This document shows, one piece after another, positions 1-11,532 of a stretch of 64,000 nt of DNA. Location: positions 124,001-188,000 of the forward strand of contig MCFH01000048.1 in assembly GCA_002104945.1 (NCBI GenBank), read 5' to 3'. Position numbers and translations under genes: made by a program. Source of the stretch: Piromyces finnis finn. Taxonomy: Eukaryota > Fungi > Neocallimastigomycota. The notes beneath the pieces were generated by a model. The model did not search any database, was not told the DNA's origin, and saw only the letters and a list, made by a program, of their open reading frames with translations. The number at the start of each line of letters is the position of its first letter. The first letter of the stretch is position 1.

Positions 1-526
1 AATTACTAGCATCAGTTTCTACAATAAATTGTTTATTACTATCCGCATGTTTCAGAATAGGAGCTGACGTGAACAAAGTTTTTAATAAAATAAAAGCGTC
101 CTGATCTTCTTTCCCCCAGTTAAAAGCAACATTTTTTCTAGTGAGTTTGTGAAGAGGGTTTGCAATTTTAGCAAAGTCTTTAATAAAAATTCTGTAGTAG
201 TTGCATAGACCGATAAAAGACTGAACCTCTTTAACATTCTTGGGAACCGGCCAATCGAGAATTGCTTTAACTTTATTCTCATCCATTTGCAACCCATCTT
301 TTGAAATGACATAACCAAGAAAAGTGGTTTTCTTAACATCAAACTCACATTTTTCTAATTTAACATAAAGATTATTTTCAAGTAGTTTCTTAAGTACCTT
401 TTTAACATGCTCATGATGTTCTTCGATATTATTAGAATAAATAAGGATATCATCAATATATGAGATAACAAAATCATCTAAATAATCACTAAGAACATCG
501 TTAATAAAGTGTTGAAAGGTTGCAGG
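1..526 (-). pseudogene. pol: RT/RNase H segment of A1 pol (downstream of the B insertion)
   Basis: Reverse complement matches the A2 RT/RNase H sequence (about 32171-32340 joined to 33107-33464). Joins ...NAPA|TFQHF across the GCAGG TSD. Confidence 0.93.
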
Positions 527-933
527 TGTAACGAATCATAGAAATTAGTAACCTGTCTTAGTGGTTAGTAACTAAGACCTTGGTTTGAACTACTCGAGTT
601 CGAAACCTCATTAATATCTTTTTTTAATTATTAAAATATTTTATAACGAAATTTTACCAAAGAAGATAATTTCTGATTGGCTTAAAAAATTAAGTTGTAA
701 AATTTTTATAAATTTACTTTTAAAAACTTTTATATAAATACGAGTGAAATTTCTCAAAAAATTATTTTGAATTCGAGTTTTTATTAACAAAAAATTTTAT
801 AATAAAAATAAAATTATTAAACACTAACCTGTTATAATTTTGTTAAGTGTTCAATAATAAAATTTTTATTTGCTTTTATTATTTTCCTTTTTATATATTT
901 GTGTTTTTATTTATTGAACATTAGTTCTTTACA
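527..933 (+). repeat. 5' LTR of B (407 bp)
   Basis: TGTAACG...TTTACA. No difference from 6182-6588 seen by eye. Confidence 0.97.
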
Positions 934-1683
934 ATAAAAACTCCTAAAATATATAATAACACCTTAGTGTTTAAAAAAGGAAGAATTTTTAATTTATTAA
1001 AAAATTAAGTAAGTCAGTGAAGCTTATTTTAACAATAAGGGTACTGAAAACAAAAGTAAAACCCACAGTTATTATAAGGGGAGCGCCAGGACGCTTAATT
1101 TAATAATAAAGAAAAAATTCATTTTCTAATAAAACGTTTTCTACTTTTAATAAATAAAATTAAATTTTATTTATTATTCTTTGAAAAATATAATAAAATA
1201 ACAAAGAAGTTAGGATTCAATAACTCCCTTAGCGTGGATAGTTGGACACCTATACGTAATACTTTGTTGTTTAGATATTATTAATAATCGGGGAATTAAA
1301 CCTATTTTTTTCTTTCCGCTTAATTAAGTAAGTGACAATAAAGAAACTAATACCGTTAATTCCTTTTATTGAAAATTTTCATTTCCAATATTAACAATTG
1401 ATAATATCTACGTTATCAACAAAGAGCTACAAGGGACCTAGTATTGAATACTAATAAAATTAAATATTTGATGGTCCAATACTATTTAATTTGACTCTTT
1501 GTCTATATTTAAAATATTTTAATCAATAAATAATAATAAAGATTTAATTTTTTTTCTCTTTCTTAATTTCTTCAAACATAACTTTATCTTAATTTACATA
1601 ATTATTATTTTCAAATAATTATATTTTTTTAATTTTAATGGAAGGACAAATATCTCAAAGGTTTCTTAGCCAAAATAGAACTT

Positions 1684-4600
1684 GTGTTTCTCCTTTATCC
1701 CGAAAGATATCAAGATGAAGAGAGCAAGGTTATCTACCTGATTTCTCGCCTTTATGGAAATGCATTAAATTGGGCCGCTACGCTTATTGACAACCATGAT
1801 CCATGTCTGACCAACTACCAAGCATTCAAGGAAAGACTAAAGGCATTCTATGGGAACAATGATGCAGTCTACGTAGCCAATCAAATGCTACGTACTCTCA
1901 AGCAACATCGTTTGGGCGGCATCAGAGGATACATCCTTGAATTTAACAAATACTCTGATGAATCTAACTGGAATGAAGAGGCTAAGATGGATGCTTTTAT
2001 CGCTGGGCTCAACCAAGAAGTTGCAATGAAGATATTAGAGATGTTCCCAGGACCAAGAGATTTGTTTTCCCTCCAAACTATTGCAGCTAGAATAGACTCC
2101 AGACTTGCTACCAGGGGATTATTTTTTGACAAAAATACTAAGGGACCAAGTTCTAATTCCAGCAATGGCTCCAGAAAGGCTTCCACAAATCTAAAAGAAC
2201 ATCCCAAGAAGAAAAGATACTTTGGTCCGTTATCCAAGGAAGAAAAAGAAAGAAGAAGTAAGGAAAACTTATGTGTCTATTGTGGATCTCCAGGACACCA
2301 ACTGAAAGATTGTCATAAGAGAAGAAATAAAAACTCAGCATTCGAATCTTTAGTTTCTCTACAAAATAATTCTACCAATTCCAAGAAAAATCAACAAGAT
2401 AGGGTAACCTCAAATTTTAAATTATCGTTTGAACTAGACACAAAAATTCTTATAGACTCCGGTTCTACACTTAATCTAATAGATGTCGACTATTGCAACG
2501 ATCACAATATTCCCTACCACTATGAAGAAGATTTACCCAACGTATTCGGTATTGGTGGTAGCCAAAAACTGTTCGGAGTTACTCCACCTCTTAATCTTCG
2601 CTACATGGATCACCTATGCCGTACTGTCTTTTACGTTACTGATCTACCTGTATATCCTTGTATTCTAGGTCTACGTTGGCTTAAGGAACATAATCCAAGT
2701 ATTGACTTTGAAAATAATAAATTATCCTTTGGTTCTTCATATTGCTTGGATCATTGTATGACTCTCCCTTCGAATGTTCCCGAATTCCATCAGGAAACTT
2801 CTGTTTTTTCTACTGATTGCAATAACTCTTCTTCCGTTTCTTTGCCTATTTTTATTGACAAACCTAAATCTTCTTTTTCAAATTCTAAGTTATCTCATTC
2901 TCGTAATCCCAAAGAAAATCGTTCTAAATCTGTCTTAATTAACAATGAATCTTTTAACGATCCTTTATCACAAGAGACTTGTACTGTCATGGCTTCTAAT
3001 ATATCTCTTTCTAAAGTTGATTCTTGTTCACCAAAAAACTCTTTTAAAGACTCAAATCCTACTACTAAACTTCCGAAGGAATTAGAATCATATATGGACG
3101 TCTTTAGCGAATCTTCTGCTGATCGATTACCACCCCATCGTCCTTATGATTGCCAAATAAACCTAATCGAAAATGCCAAGCTATTTTATGGACCAATCTA
3201 CCCACTAACAGACGAAGAAACAAGAGTTTTGAAGGATTATATCGATGATAACCTCAAAAAGGGTTTCATTAGGAAATCCAAATCTCCTGCTGGTGCGCCT
3301 GTACTTTTCGTTCCTAAAAAGAATGGTGAACTCCGTCTTTGTCAAGATTATAGGGAACTCAACAAAATTACCATTAGAGATTCCTATCCTCTACCTCTGA
3401 TTCAAGATATGTTAGAGCATCTTGGTAAAGCGAAAATCTTCTCAAAACTGGATTTACGATCAGCATATAACTTGGTCCGAATCAAAAAGGGTGATGAATA
3501 TAAAACAGCTTTCACCTGCAAATTCGGCCACTTTGAATACCTGGTAATGCCATTCGGACTGAAAAACGCCCCGGCTGTTTTTCAGCATTTTATCAATGAT
3601 GTTCTGGAAAATATTCTAGGGATTTTTGTTTATTCATATATTGACGATTTAATTATTTTTTCTGAAAACCATAAATCCCACATTAAGCACGTTATCGAAG
3701 TCCTGGATCGCTTAAGAAATGCTGGTCTTTATGCTAAGCTTGAAAAGTGTGAATTCTTTGTTTCCTCTATTGATTTCCTTGGTCATCGGATATCCTCTGA
3801 AGGTATACATATGGACCCCAATAAAGTTTCTGCTATTATTAATTGGCCAGTTCCGTCCAGTGTCAAGGAAGTTCAATCTTTTATTGGCCTAGCCAACTAC
3901 TATCGTCGGTTTATTCCTAATTTTGCCAAAGTTGCACAACCCCTTCACAGACTACTTCGTAAAAACGTTAAATTTGATTTTTCCTCTGAAGCTCTTGATG
4001 CATTTAATACCATTAAATCATTAATTTCATCTGCTCCCATCCTGTCTCACCCAAATCGTGATCTTCCCTTTATTGTTGAAACCGACTCTAGCAACTTTGC
4101 TATAGGAGCAGTTCTGTCTCAAAAATCTCCTGATGATAAAATGATCCATCCTGTCGCTTTCTATTCAAGATCTCTTACTTCCGCTGAAAGAAACTATCCT
4201 ATATACGATAAAGAACTTTTAGCTATTGTTAATGCTCTTGAAACTTGGCGACATTTTCTCAAAGGTGCTTTAACCCCGTTTACTATTTATTCAGATCATC
4301 GAAACTTACTATATCAAAAGAAACCGGAAAAAATGTCACAACGTCTTGTTCGTTGGGCCCTTTTCCTTTCCGAATTTAACTTTAAAATTCTCTACCGCTC
4401 TGGTTCATCAAATGGTAAACCTGATGCGCTTTCACGAAGACCTGATTATATGGATTCCTCTCTTCCTTCTGATGCTCCTTTTTCGGTTTTACGCCCTGAG
4501 AATTTCTGCGCTTTGATTTGTTCCATTTCTTCTCTTAATGATAAAATATTATCTGAATATGTGAACGACTCTTTTTACATTGACATTTGCAATTTTCTTG

Positions 4601-5955
4601 AAAATAAGAATCTCCCAGCTCCACATCCACAAAGTAATAAATTCTCCCTTAGTAATAGTTTTCTTCTTTTTGATAATAGAATATATGTCCCTTTAAAATG
4701 CCGTCCTTCCGTTTTGAAACTCTGTCATGATTCCCCCTCTGCCGGTCATTTTGGTATCCGCAAAACTATTTCTTTGATCTCTCGTGACTTTTGGTGGCCA
4801 TCCATTTCTATTGATGTTAAGAATTATATCCGATCTTGCGAGATTTGTTGCCGCTCCAAGCCTTCTCGTCATAAACCATATGGTTTACTTCAACCCCTTG
4901 AGATTAGTGACCATCCTTGGGCTTCTATTTCTATGGATTTCATTACTGACCTCCCTCCTTCGGATGGTTTTAACACTATTCTTGTTGTAGTTGACCGCCT
5001 TACTAAAATGTGCCACCTCATTCCCTTTAAAGGTATTCCTTCTGCTTCTGATACTGCTTTTGCTTTTTTGAATTATATTTTCAAAATTCACGGTCTCCCC
5101 TCTGAAATTATTTCCGATAGAGGCGCGCAATTCACTTCGAAATTTTGGAAATCTATTTGCCAATCTTTGGACGTCAATGTTAAATATTCTTCACCATATC
5201 ATCATCAATCCAATGGCCAAACGGAGAGGGTAAACTCCGTTGTTGAACAATATTTAAGATGCTTTTCTAATTATAAAGGAACAAATTGGATCAACTTTCT
5301 TCCATTGGCAGAATTCAGTTACAATAATGCTGTTCAAGACTCAACAAAATTCTCACCATTCTTCCTAAATTATGGTTATCATCCAAAATACTCTCCGGTA
5401 ATTCCTGACCAAACGAATGTTCCAAGAGCTGAAGAATTTACAAGAGACTTTGAAGACCTAATGGAGAAACTAAAAGAAAACTTAAAGAAAGCCATCCAAG
5501 TTCAAAAGAAATACGCCGACAAGTATAGACAAGAACCTCCGACATTCAAGACTGGTGACAAAGTATGGTTGGATAGCTCCTTGATAATTCATAAAGGAAA
5601 TAAAAAATTTAATCCTAGGAAACTTGGCCCGTTTAGGATAATTAGTAAAATCTCTAATCTCACTTATAAATTAGAATTACCAAAATCGCTGAAGATTTAC
5701 CCAATTGTTCATGTTTCAAACCTAGAACCGTATTATGAAGATAGTTTTGGAAGAATCAAAGATCCACCTCCACCTATAATAGTAAATGAAGAAGAAGAAT
5801 ACGAAGTAGAAGAAATACTTGATAAAAGGAAGCATTATGGGAAGATTCAATATCTAATAAAATGGAAAGGTTATCCGCTTTCAGAAGCATCTTGGGAACC
5901 TGAAAGTAATTTAAACTGCGATGAACTAATTAAAAACTTTAATAATTCACATTAG
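1684..5955 (+). CDS. gag-pol: Gag-Pol polyprotein of B (gag with CCHC, PR, RT, RNase H, IN, chromodomain); start codon unresolved
   Basis: CVYCGSPGHQLKDC knuckle, LIDSGS protease, YIDD RT, VETDSS RNase H, HHCC + ISMDF integrase, and C-terminal EYEVEEIL..YLIKWKGY..SWEPESNL chromodomain. Confidence 0.95.
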   Translation: MFLLYPERYQDEESKVIYLISRLYGNALNWAATLIDNHDPCLTNYQAFKERLKAFYGNNDAVYVANQMLRTLKQHRLGGIRGYILEFNKYSDESNWNEEAKMDAFIAGLNQEVAMKILEMFPGPRDLFSLQTIAARIDSRLATRGLFFDKNTKGPSSNSSNGSRKASTNLKEHPKKKRYFGPLSKEEKERRSKENLCVYCGSPGHQLKDCHKRRNKNSAFESLVSLQNNSTNSKKNQQDRVTSNFKLSFELDTKILIDSGSTLNLIDVDYCNDHNIPYHYEEDLPNVFGIGGSQKLFGVTPPLNLRYMDHLCRTVFYVTDLPVYPCILGLRWLKEHNPSIDFENNKLSFGSSYCLDHCMTLPSNVPEFHQETSVFSTDCNNSSSVSLPIFIDKPKSSFSNSKLSHSRNPKENRSKSVLINNESFNDPLSQETCTVMASNISLSKVDSCSPKNSFKDSNPTTKLPKELESYMDVFSESSADRLPPHRPYDCQINLIENAKLFYGPIYPLTDEETRVLKDYIDDNLKKGFIRKSKSPAGAPVLFVPKKNGELRLCQDYRELNKITIRDSYPLPLIQDMLEHLGKAKIFSKLDLRSAYNLVRIKKGDEYKTAFTCKFGHFEYLVMPFGLKNAPAVFQHFINDVLENILGIFVYSYIDDLIIFSENHKSHIKHVIEVLDRLRNAGLYAKLEKCEFFVSSIDFLGHRISSEGIHMDPNKVSAIINWPVPSSVKEVQSFIGLANYYRRFIPNFAKVAQPLHRLLRKNVKFDFSSEALDAFNTIKSLISSAPILSHPNRDLPFIVETDSSNFAIGAVLSQKSPDDKMIHPVAFYSRSLTSAERNYPIYDKELLAIVNALETWRHFLKGALTPFTIYSDHRNLLYQKKPEKMSQRLVRWALFLSEFNFKILYRSGSSNGKPDALSRRPDYMDSSLPSDAPFSVLRPENFCALICSISSLNDKILSEYVNDSFYIDICNFLENKNLPAPHPQSNKFSLSNSFLLFDNRIYVPLKCRPSVLKLCHDSPSAGHFGIRKTISLISRDFWWPSISIDVKNYIRSCEICCRSKPSRHKPYGLLQPLEISDHPWASISMDFITDLPPSDGFNTILVVVDRLTKMCHLIPFKGIPSASDTAFAFLNYIFKIHGLPSEIISDRGAQFTSKFWKSICQSLDVNVKYSSPYHHQSNGQTERVNSVVEQYLRCFSNYKGTNWINFLPLAEFSYNNAVQDSTKFSPFFLNYGYHPKYSPVIPDQTNVPRAEEFTRDFEDLMEKLKENLKKAIQVQKKYADKYRQEPPTFKTGDKVWLDSSLIIHKGNKKFNPRKLGPFRIISKISNLTYKLELPKSLKIYPIVHVSNLEPYYEDSFGRIKDPPPPIIVNEEEEYEVEEILDKRKHYGKIQYLIKWKGYPLSEASWEPESNLNCDELIKNFNNSH

Positions 5956-6181
5956 TAATAGTTATTAATTTAAAAAAAAAAAAAATTAGTAATTGATAAG
6001 AGAAAAAGAGAATAGAAAATAGAAAATGAAAAAATATATTTATAATTTAATATTCATGTAATTTAAAAAAAAAAAAAAAATTTTTCAAAATGTATTCACT
6101 CGTTTCAATTATTTCTTTTATAATAAATTAACAAATAAATTTAGTTGATTCGTCTGGTATCCGAATCCTGGAGGAGGACCA

Positions 6182-6588
6182 TGTAACGAATCATAGAAAT
6201 TAGTAACCTGTCTTAGTGGTTAGTAACTAAGACCTTGGTTTGAACTACTCGAGTTCGAAACCTCATTAATATCTTTTTTTAATTATTAAAATATTTTATA
6301 ACGAAATTTTACCAAAGAAGATAATTTCTGATTGGCTTAAAAAATTAAGTTGTAAAATTTTTATAAATTTACTTTTAAAAACTTTTATATAAATACGAGT
6401 GAAATTTCTCAAAAAATTATTTTGAATTCGAGTTTTTATTAACAAAAAATTTTATAATAAAAATAAAATTATTAAACACTAACCTGTTATAATTTTGTTA
6501 AGTGTTCAATAATAAAATTTTTATTTGCTTTTATTATTTTCCTTTTTATATATTTGTGTTTTTATTTATTGAACATTAGTTCTTTACA
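6182..6588 (+). repeat. 3' LTR of B (407 bp)
   Basis: Direct repeat of 527-933, preceded by a PPT and followed by the TSD. Confidence 0.97.
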
Positions 6589-6593
6589 GCAGG

Positions 6594-8651
6594 TGCATTC
6601 TTTAATCCAAAAGGCATAACCAGATATTCAAAATGACCATACCTAGTACGAAAAGCCGTTTTGTATTCATCACCTTCTTTAATACGAACAAGATTATAAG
6701 CGGATTTAAGGTCTAGTTTGGTAAAAATCTTAGCATTTTTTACCCTATCCAAAAGGTCACTTATTAAAGGTAAGGGATATGAATTACGAATTGTAATATC
6801 ATTCAACCTTCTATAATCAATACAAAGTCTTAAGGAACCGTCCTTCTTTTTAACAAACAAAATTGGGGCACCAGCAGGAGACGATGATTTCCTAATAAAA
6901 CCTTTATTTAAATTTTCATCTATATATTTTTTAAGTTCCTCTCTTTCAACTTCAGTTAATGGATACAAGGGTCCATAAAATAAAGTTGAATCATCCTTAA
7001 GTTTGATTTCACAATCATAAGGTCTATGAGGAGGTAACACTTCACAATTTTTTTCGTTAAACACTTCACTAAATTCTAAATATTGGGTTGGTACGGCGAC
7101 CAATTTATCTTTATTAATATTCTTTTCATTATTATTATTATTACTACATGATTCATTATCATTATTACATGTTTCATTAATTTTCGTTACAATACATTTA
7201 ACTTTTTTATTAAAACTAATATATTCATCATCGCTGTCATCTTCATCATTAATGGTTCTAACAAGGCGGCCTTTGACATATTCTTTTTCTTCATGGTTTG
7301 GGACGGAGGGATCTACTTTCGGTTTTTTGGTTAAGCTTCGGTCGAGAACATCATGATCTAATTGATCATTCTTGGACTTCTTTCTTGGTTTTCTTTTTCT
7401 TTTACCTTTGTTACAGTGTCTGGCACAATAACCAGAACTAAAAGCGATTTTCTTAGAGTCATAGAAAGCATTTGGATTATGCTTCTTTATCCACGGCAAA
7501 CCAAGAATAACATCAACACCAGGGACTTGTAATCCATAAAGTTGAATTACTTCGAAGTGATTTTTGCATCGGAGCATACACTTCTCGGTCCTTTCCCATA
7601 CACTTACAACTCCATCACTAACACCTGATACACGGAATGGTTCTACCTTTTCCAACTTAATACCAAGGTCTTCAGCAAGACTTGGATTAATGAAATTCAA
7701 TTCAGAACCGGAATCAATTAAAACCTTAATTTTAACTTCTGAAACTTCATTGGTACTCAAGTAAAAATCCACAAGGTTTAAATCACTTTTCACTCCCTTG
7801 ACTCCAACTTTGTAAATTTTTGGATTAACAATTTTTGGAGTCCTTTCTTTAACAATTCTTAACACTTTTCTGGGCTTTACTCTATTAGGACAATTAAATT
7901 TTAAATGTCCTGGCTGTTTACAAAGAAAACATAGTCCTTTTTTCTTTTCTTCTTCAAAGTTGTCTATGTTTTCATTGTAATTTTTACTTGATCCTTGGAT
8001 ATTCACATACCTTCTACGCTTGTTTTCTCTACTAATTCTAAATACATCCACATCCATAGGATCATCAGCCCTTCTTCCATTAAAATAAAATTCACTAAGC
8101 GAATTCCTTTTCATCATATCTTCAACTAAAATAGTTGAAGAAATCAATTGTTCAATTGAAGTTGGGTTTGATTCAATGAAAGCCAACTTCTCCCTAAGTG
8201 GTGGTAGTAAACCTTTCAGAAACATGTAGATTTTTGCACTATCATTAAAGCTTGAATTTTGGCTAATATGTTGAAACTCGGTAATGTAATCTAATACCTG
8301 ACCAAGTTTCCTTTGGCGAATATTATCTAATTTACCGTTAGCTACAACGGTATCGTATCTATAACTGCCAAAGTTAGCCTTCAACCTATCTACAAATTCA
8401 TCATAATGATTTAAAACCCCACTATTATTCTTCATCAACACTGAAGCCCATTCCAACGGTTTACCAGAGAAGTATGATATAACAAAGTCGACCTTGACTC
8501 GATCTGTATTATACAGTGCCGGTCGAGTACGAAATACCAACTCAACTCTGGTTAAAAATCCATCCAATTCTCTTTGTTTACCAGAAAATACCGGCGGAGC
8601 ATTAATAATGTTCCCCGAGTTCACAGAAACACCTACAGTTCCATCACCCAT
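6594..8651 (-). pseudogene. gag-pol: gag-PR-RT(N) part of A1 polyprotein, interrupted by B
   Basis: First in-frame ATG at 8651 (MGDG...). [14 protein letters not shown] knuckle, LIDSGS protease, RT N-terminal motifs up to [10 protein letters not shown]. Confidence 0.93.
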
Positions 8652-8924
8652 CTCCAAATTCAAACTTTCAAACTCACTAATTAAGTCCTCCAACGTTAAA
8701 TATAAAACAAAATATAAAAAATGTTTTCTTACTACTGTTTCAAGTAAGTAATTTTTTTTTTTTTTTTTTTTAAAAGAAAAAACTATTTCTACAAAAACGA
8801 TGTTAGTTAATACAAAAGTTATTCAAACTCGATCTGTTATACAGTGTCGAACAAGTTTTGTATTATATAATAATAACATTAATCAGAGTAGTTTTGTTTT
8901 TTTTTTTTTTTAATTTCTTCTGCT

Positions 8925-9060
8925 AAGGTAGCAACAAAGTTTCTTCAATAATCTCTTGAACCAAGGTAGCAACAAAGTTTCTTCAATAATCTCTTGAACC
9001 AAGGTAGCAACAAAATTTCTTCAATAATCTCTTGAACCAAGGTAGCAACAAAGTTTCTTC
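8925..9060. repeat. 38-bp tandem repeat x3.6 in the 5' leader of A1
   Basis: Unit AAGGTAGCAACAAAGTTTCTTCAATAATCTCTTGAACC starting at 8925, 8963, 9001 and 9039 (partial). Confidence 0.95.
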
Positions 9061-9109
9061 GGGCGGTAGATATCCTAACGTACTCTTGAAGTAGTTAGGT
9101 AATTGTTAT

Positions 9110-9723
9110 TGTAATGCTGACTCAGAAAGAATAGATTAGGATATCTATTCTATTACAATAACACCAAAAAATTAAATAAAAATAAAATTGTTTTGTTAAA
9201 AATATTTTTTATTATAATAGAAATTTTATTAATAACAATTACATCGATGAAATGATGAAAAATATCTTCTATTTATATTTTTCCTAAATACATTTATATT
9301 ATATTTAACTATTTATTTCTTATATATTATTATTTAAAATCTACACTAAAATCTTAATTATTAATAAATATTTAAACTATAACTATTTTTAGTAAAATAC
9401 AATTGGCAATTCAAATTAAGTACTATTCAATTTGAATATGTGCCCATGTATTATTGATATATTAAACATTTAATAATTATATACTAGATGTCTATTTCTA
9501 TTACAAAACAATACTAAAACTAGGGGTTTGAATTGAGAATTTTAATTTATTGTTAAACATTAAGAATAAATTAATAATTTATTTTGTTTTAAACTTTAAT
9601 TATTAATAAATAAATTATGTCCCATTTTCTTTTTCTGTAATATAATTCGTGTAACTTAAACAATAATATTTATGGCTTAAGTTACATTAAAGATATCAAT
9701 CTGTGGCGTTTGATATCTTTACA
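9110..9723 (-). repeat. 5' LTR of A1 (614 bp)
   Basis: Reverse complement of the TGTAAAGATATC...TTACA family-A LTR. Confidence 0.93.
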
Positions 9724-10250
9724 ATTATAAAATAATATAGTTTAATAATTTAAAAATAAGTTTAATTTAGAATATAATATTAGTTCAATTTAATAAAAAT
9801 AAAATTTAATTAAAATATTTACACTTAATTAAATTTTTAATTAATAAATTAATATTATTTATCTAATTTAAATATGATAATAATGATAAATGGTTAAATT
9901 ATTTTAATAATAAAAACATTATATCATTATTCCTGATCAGTATGTAAGAAATATAGAAATAAATTCTATATTTCTTAAGTATTATTAAGTATAAATTTAT
10001 ATTAAATTTATTATTTATTATAATTCTATTTTATAATTAAATTAAACAAACCTTAAAGAATATAGAAATTTACTTAATTCTTTCAATAATGTTCAATTAA
10101 AAAAATATAATAAACAGAAATATCCAGTAAAAGAAATATTTAGATTAATTTTTAATATATACAAATTAAGTCACTAATATTAAATATAAATTAAATAATA
10201 TTTTTTCAAAATTAATTTGGTTTTTTAATTATTTAATTCAACAAGTAATT

Positions 10251-10753
10251 TGTAAAGATATCAAACGCCTCTGTTTGATATCTTTAATGTAACTTAAGCC
10301 ACAAGTATTATTGTTTAAGTTACACAAATTATATTCAGAAAAAGAAAATGAGACATAATTTATTTATTAATAATTAAAGTTTAAAACAAAATAAATTATT
10401 AATTTATTTTTAATGTTTAACAAGTAAATTAATATTCTCAATTTAAATCCCTAGTTTTAGTATTGTTTTTTTTATAGAAATAGATAAATAATAAATGATT
10501 AATATATCAATAATACATGGGCACATATTCAAATTAAATAGTACTTAATTTGAATTGCCAATTGTATTTTACTAAAAATAGTTATAGTTTAAATATTTAT
10601 TAATAATTAAGATTTTAGTGTAGATTTTAAATAATAATATATAATAAATAAATAGTTATAATATAATATAAATGTATTTAGGAAAAATATAAATAGAAGA
10701 TATTTTTCATCATTTTATCGATGTAATTGTTATTATTAAAATTCTATTATAAT
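10251..10753 (+). repeat. Family-A LTR, 3'-truncated by the next LTR
   Basis: Starts TGTAAAGATATCAAACGCCTC and matches 29107 onward up to ...ATTCTATTATAAT. Confidence 0.92.
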
Positions 10754-11178
10754 TGTAAAGAAATGTGTCTTTAACAATAAAACAAATTATAATATTTACT
10801 AAATAATTTAGTAATATTAACACTTTAAAATATTCTGTAAATTATTAATTTATAAAAATATCATTAAAAACACATAGAATTTAACTTAATAAGTTAGTGT
10901 TTAATAATATAATTATTTATTAATAAAATCTCGATTCTTTAAAATATTTGGGAAAATTCACTCGTATTTATACTAAAAATTTTTTAAATTAATTTATAAA
11001 ATTTTTTCAACTTAAAATTCTTAACTAATCAATAATCTTCATATAAAATAAAATTTAAAAATAAAATAAAATTATTATTTTTTTTAAAAATAGTATCTAT
11101 GAGGTCTCGAACTAGTGTCATTCAGACTCAAAGTCTTAGCTACTAACCACTAAGACAATTTAGTTATTTCTAGTATTC
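10754..11178 (-). repeat. Diverged B-related LTR
   Basis: Reverse-complement similarity to the B LTR (GTCTTAG.TACTAACCACTAAGACA, CACTCGTATTTATA, TTAGTGTTTAATAAT). Confidence 0.75.
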
Positions 11179-11532
11179 TGTTAAGGAATGAACATAAATA
11201 GTTGAATTAGCTAGAATTTTAGGAATTAACCTTCAACTATTTATATTCCTTACTAGTGGTTAACTCTATTTTTAAAATATAAAAATTATAATATATAATT
11301 TTTATACATTTTTCTAGTAATTATTCATATTTTTATTATATAGTTATATTATTTGTATATAGTTATTTAAGACCTTTATTATTAGTATTAGTATAATTAC
11401 TTATAATATTTTATACTTATAAATTTTACAAAATTTTATTATTAAAATAGTTATAGGAATTTTATTATTATTTAAGGTTTATTTTATTAATTAACTTTAT
11501 TGTATAATATTTTATAATTTGAAATTATGACA
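11179..11532. repeat. LTR-like repeat M (TG..CA, about 354 bp)
   Basis: TGTTAAGGAATGAAC...AAATTATGACA, with an inverted diverged copy at 38547-38891. No TSD found. Confidence 0.6.

Larger units (their letters stand above)
527..6588 (+). mobile_element. Full-length Ty3/Gypsy chromovirus, family B, inserted in the RT of A1
   Basis: TG..CA LTRs at 527-933 and 6182-6588. 5-bp TSD GCAGG at 522-526 and 6589-6593. PPT GAGGAGGACCA at 6171-6181. Confidence 0.97.
1..9723 (-). mobile_element. Ty3/Gypsy LTR retrotransposon family A, copy A1 (3' part runs off the window start; interrupted by element B)
   Basis: 5' LTR at 9110-9723. gag-PR-RT on minus at 6594-8651 continues after the B insertion at 1-526. 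Near-identical to copy A2 at 29107-36071. Confidence 0.95.

Noticed and set aside
1881-5163. Short antisense or alternate-frame ORFs within B (similar ones occur in A, C, Copia and E)
   Set aside because: Shadows of the long polyprotein frames with no recognisable motifs. The 82-348 and 33117-33353 ORFs are off-frame readings of the same RT segment.
8925-9060. CRISPR array
   Set aside because: Units are contiguous with no unique spacers, there are no cas genes, and the repeat lies in a retrotransposon leader.
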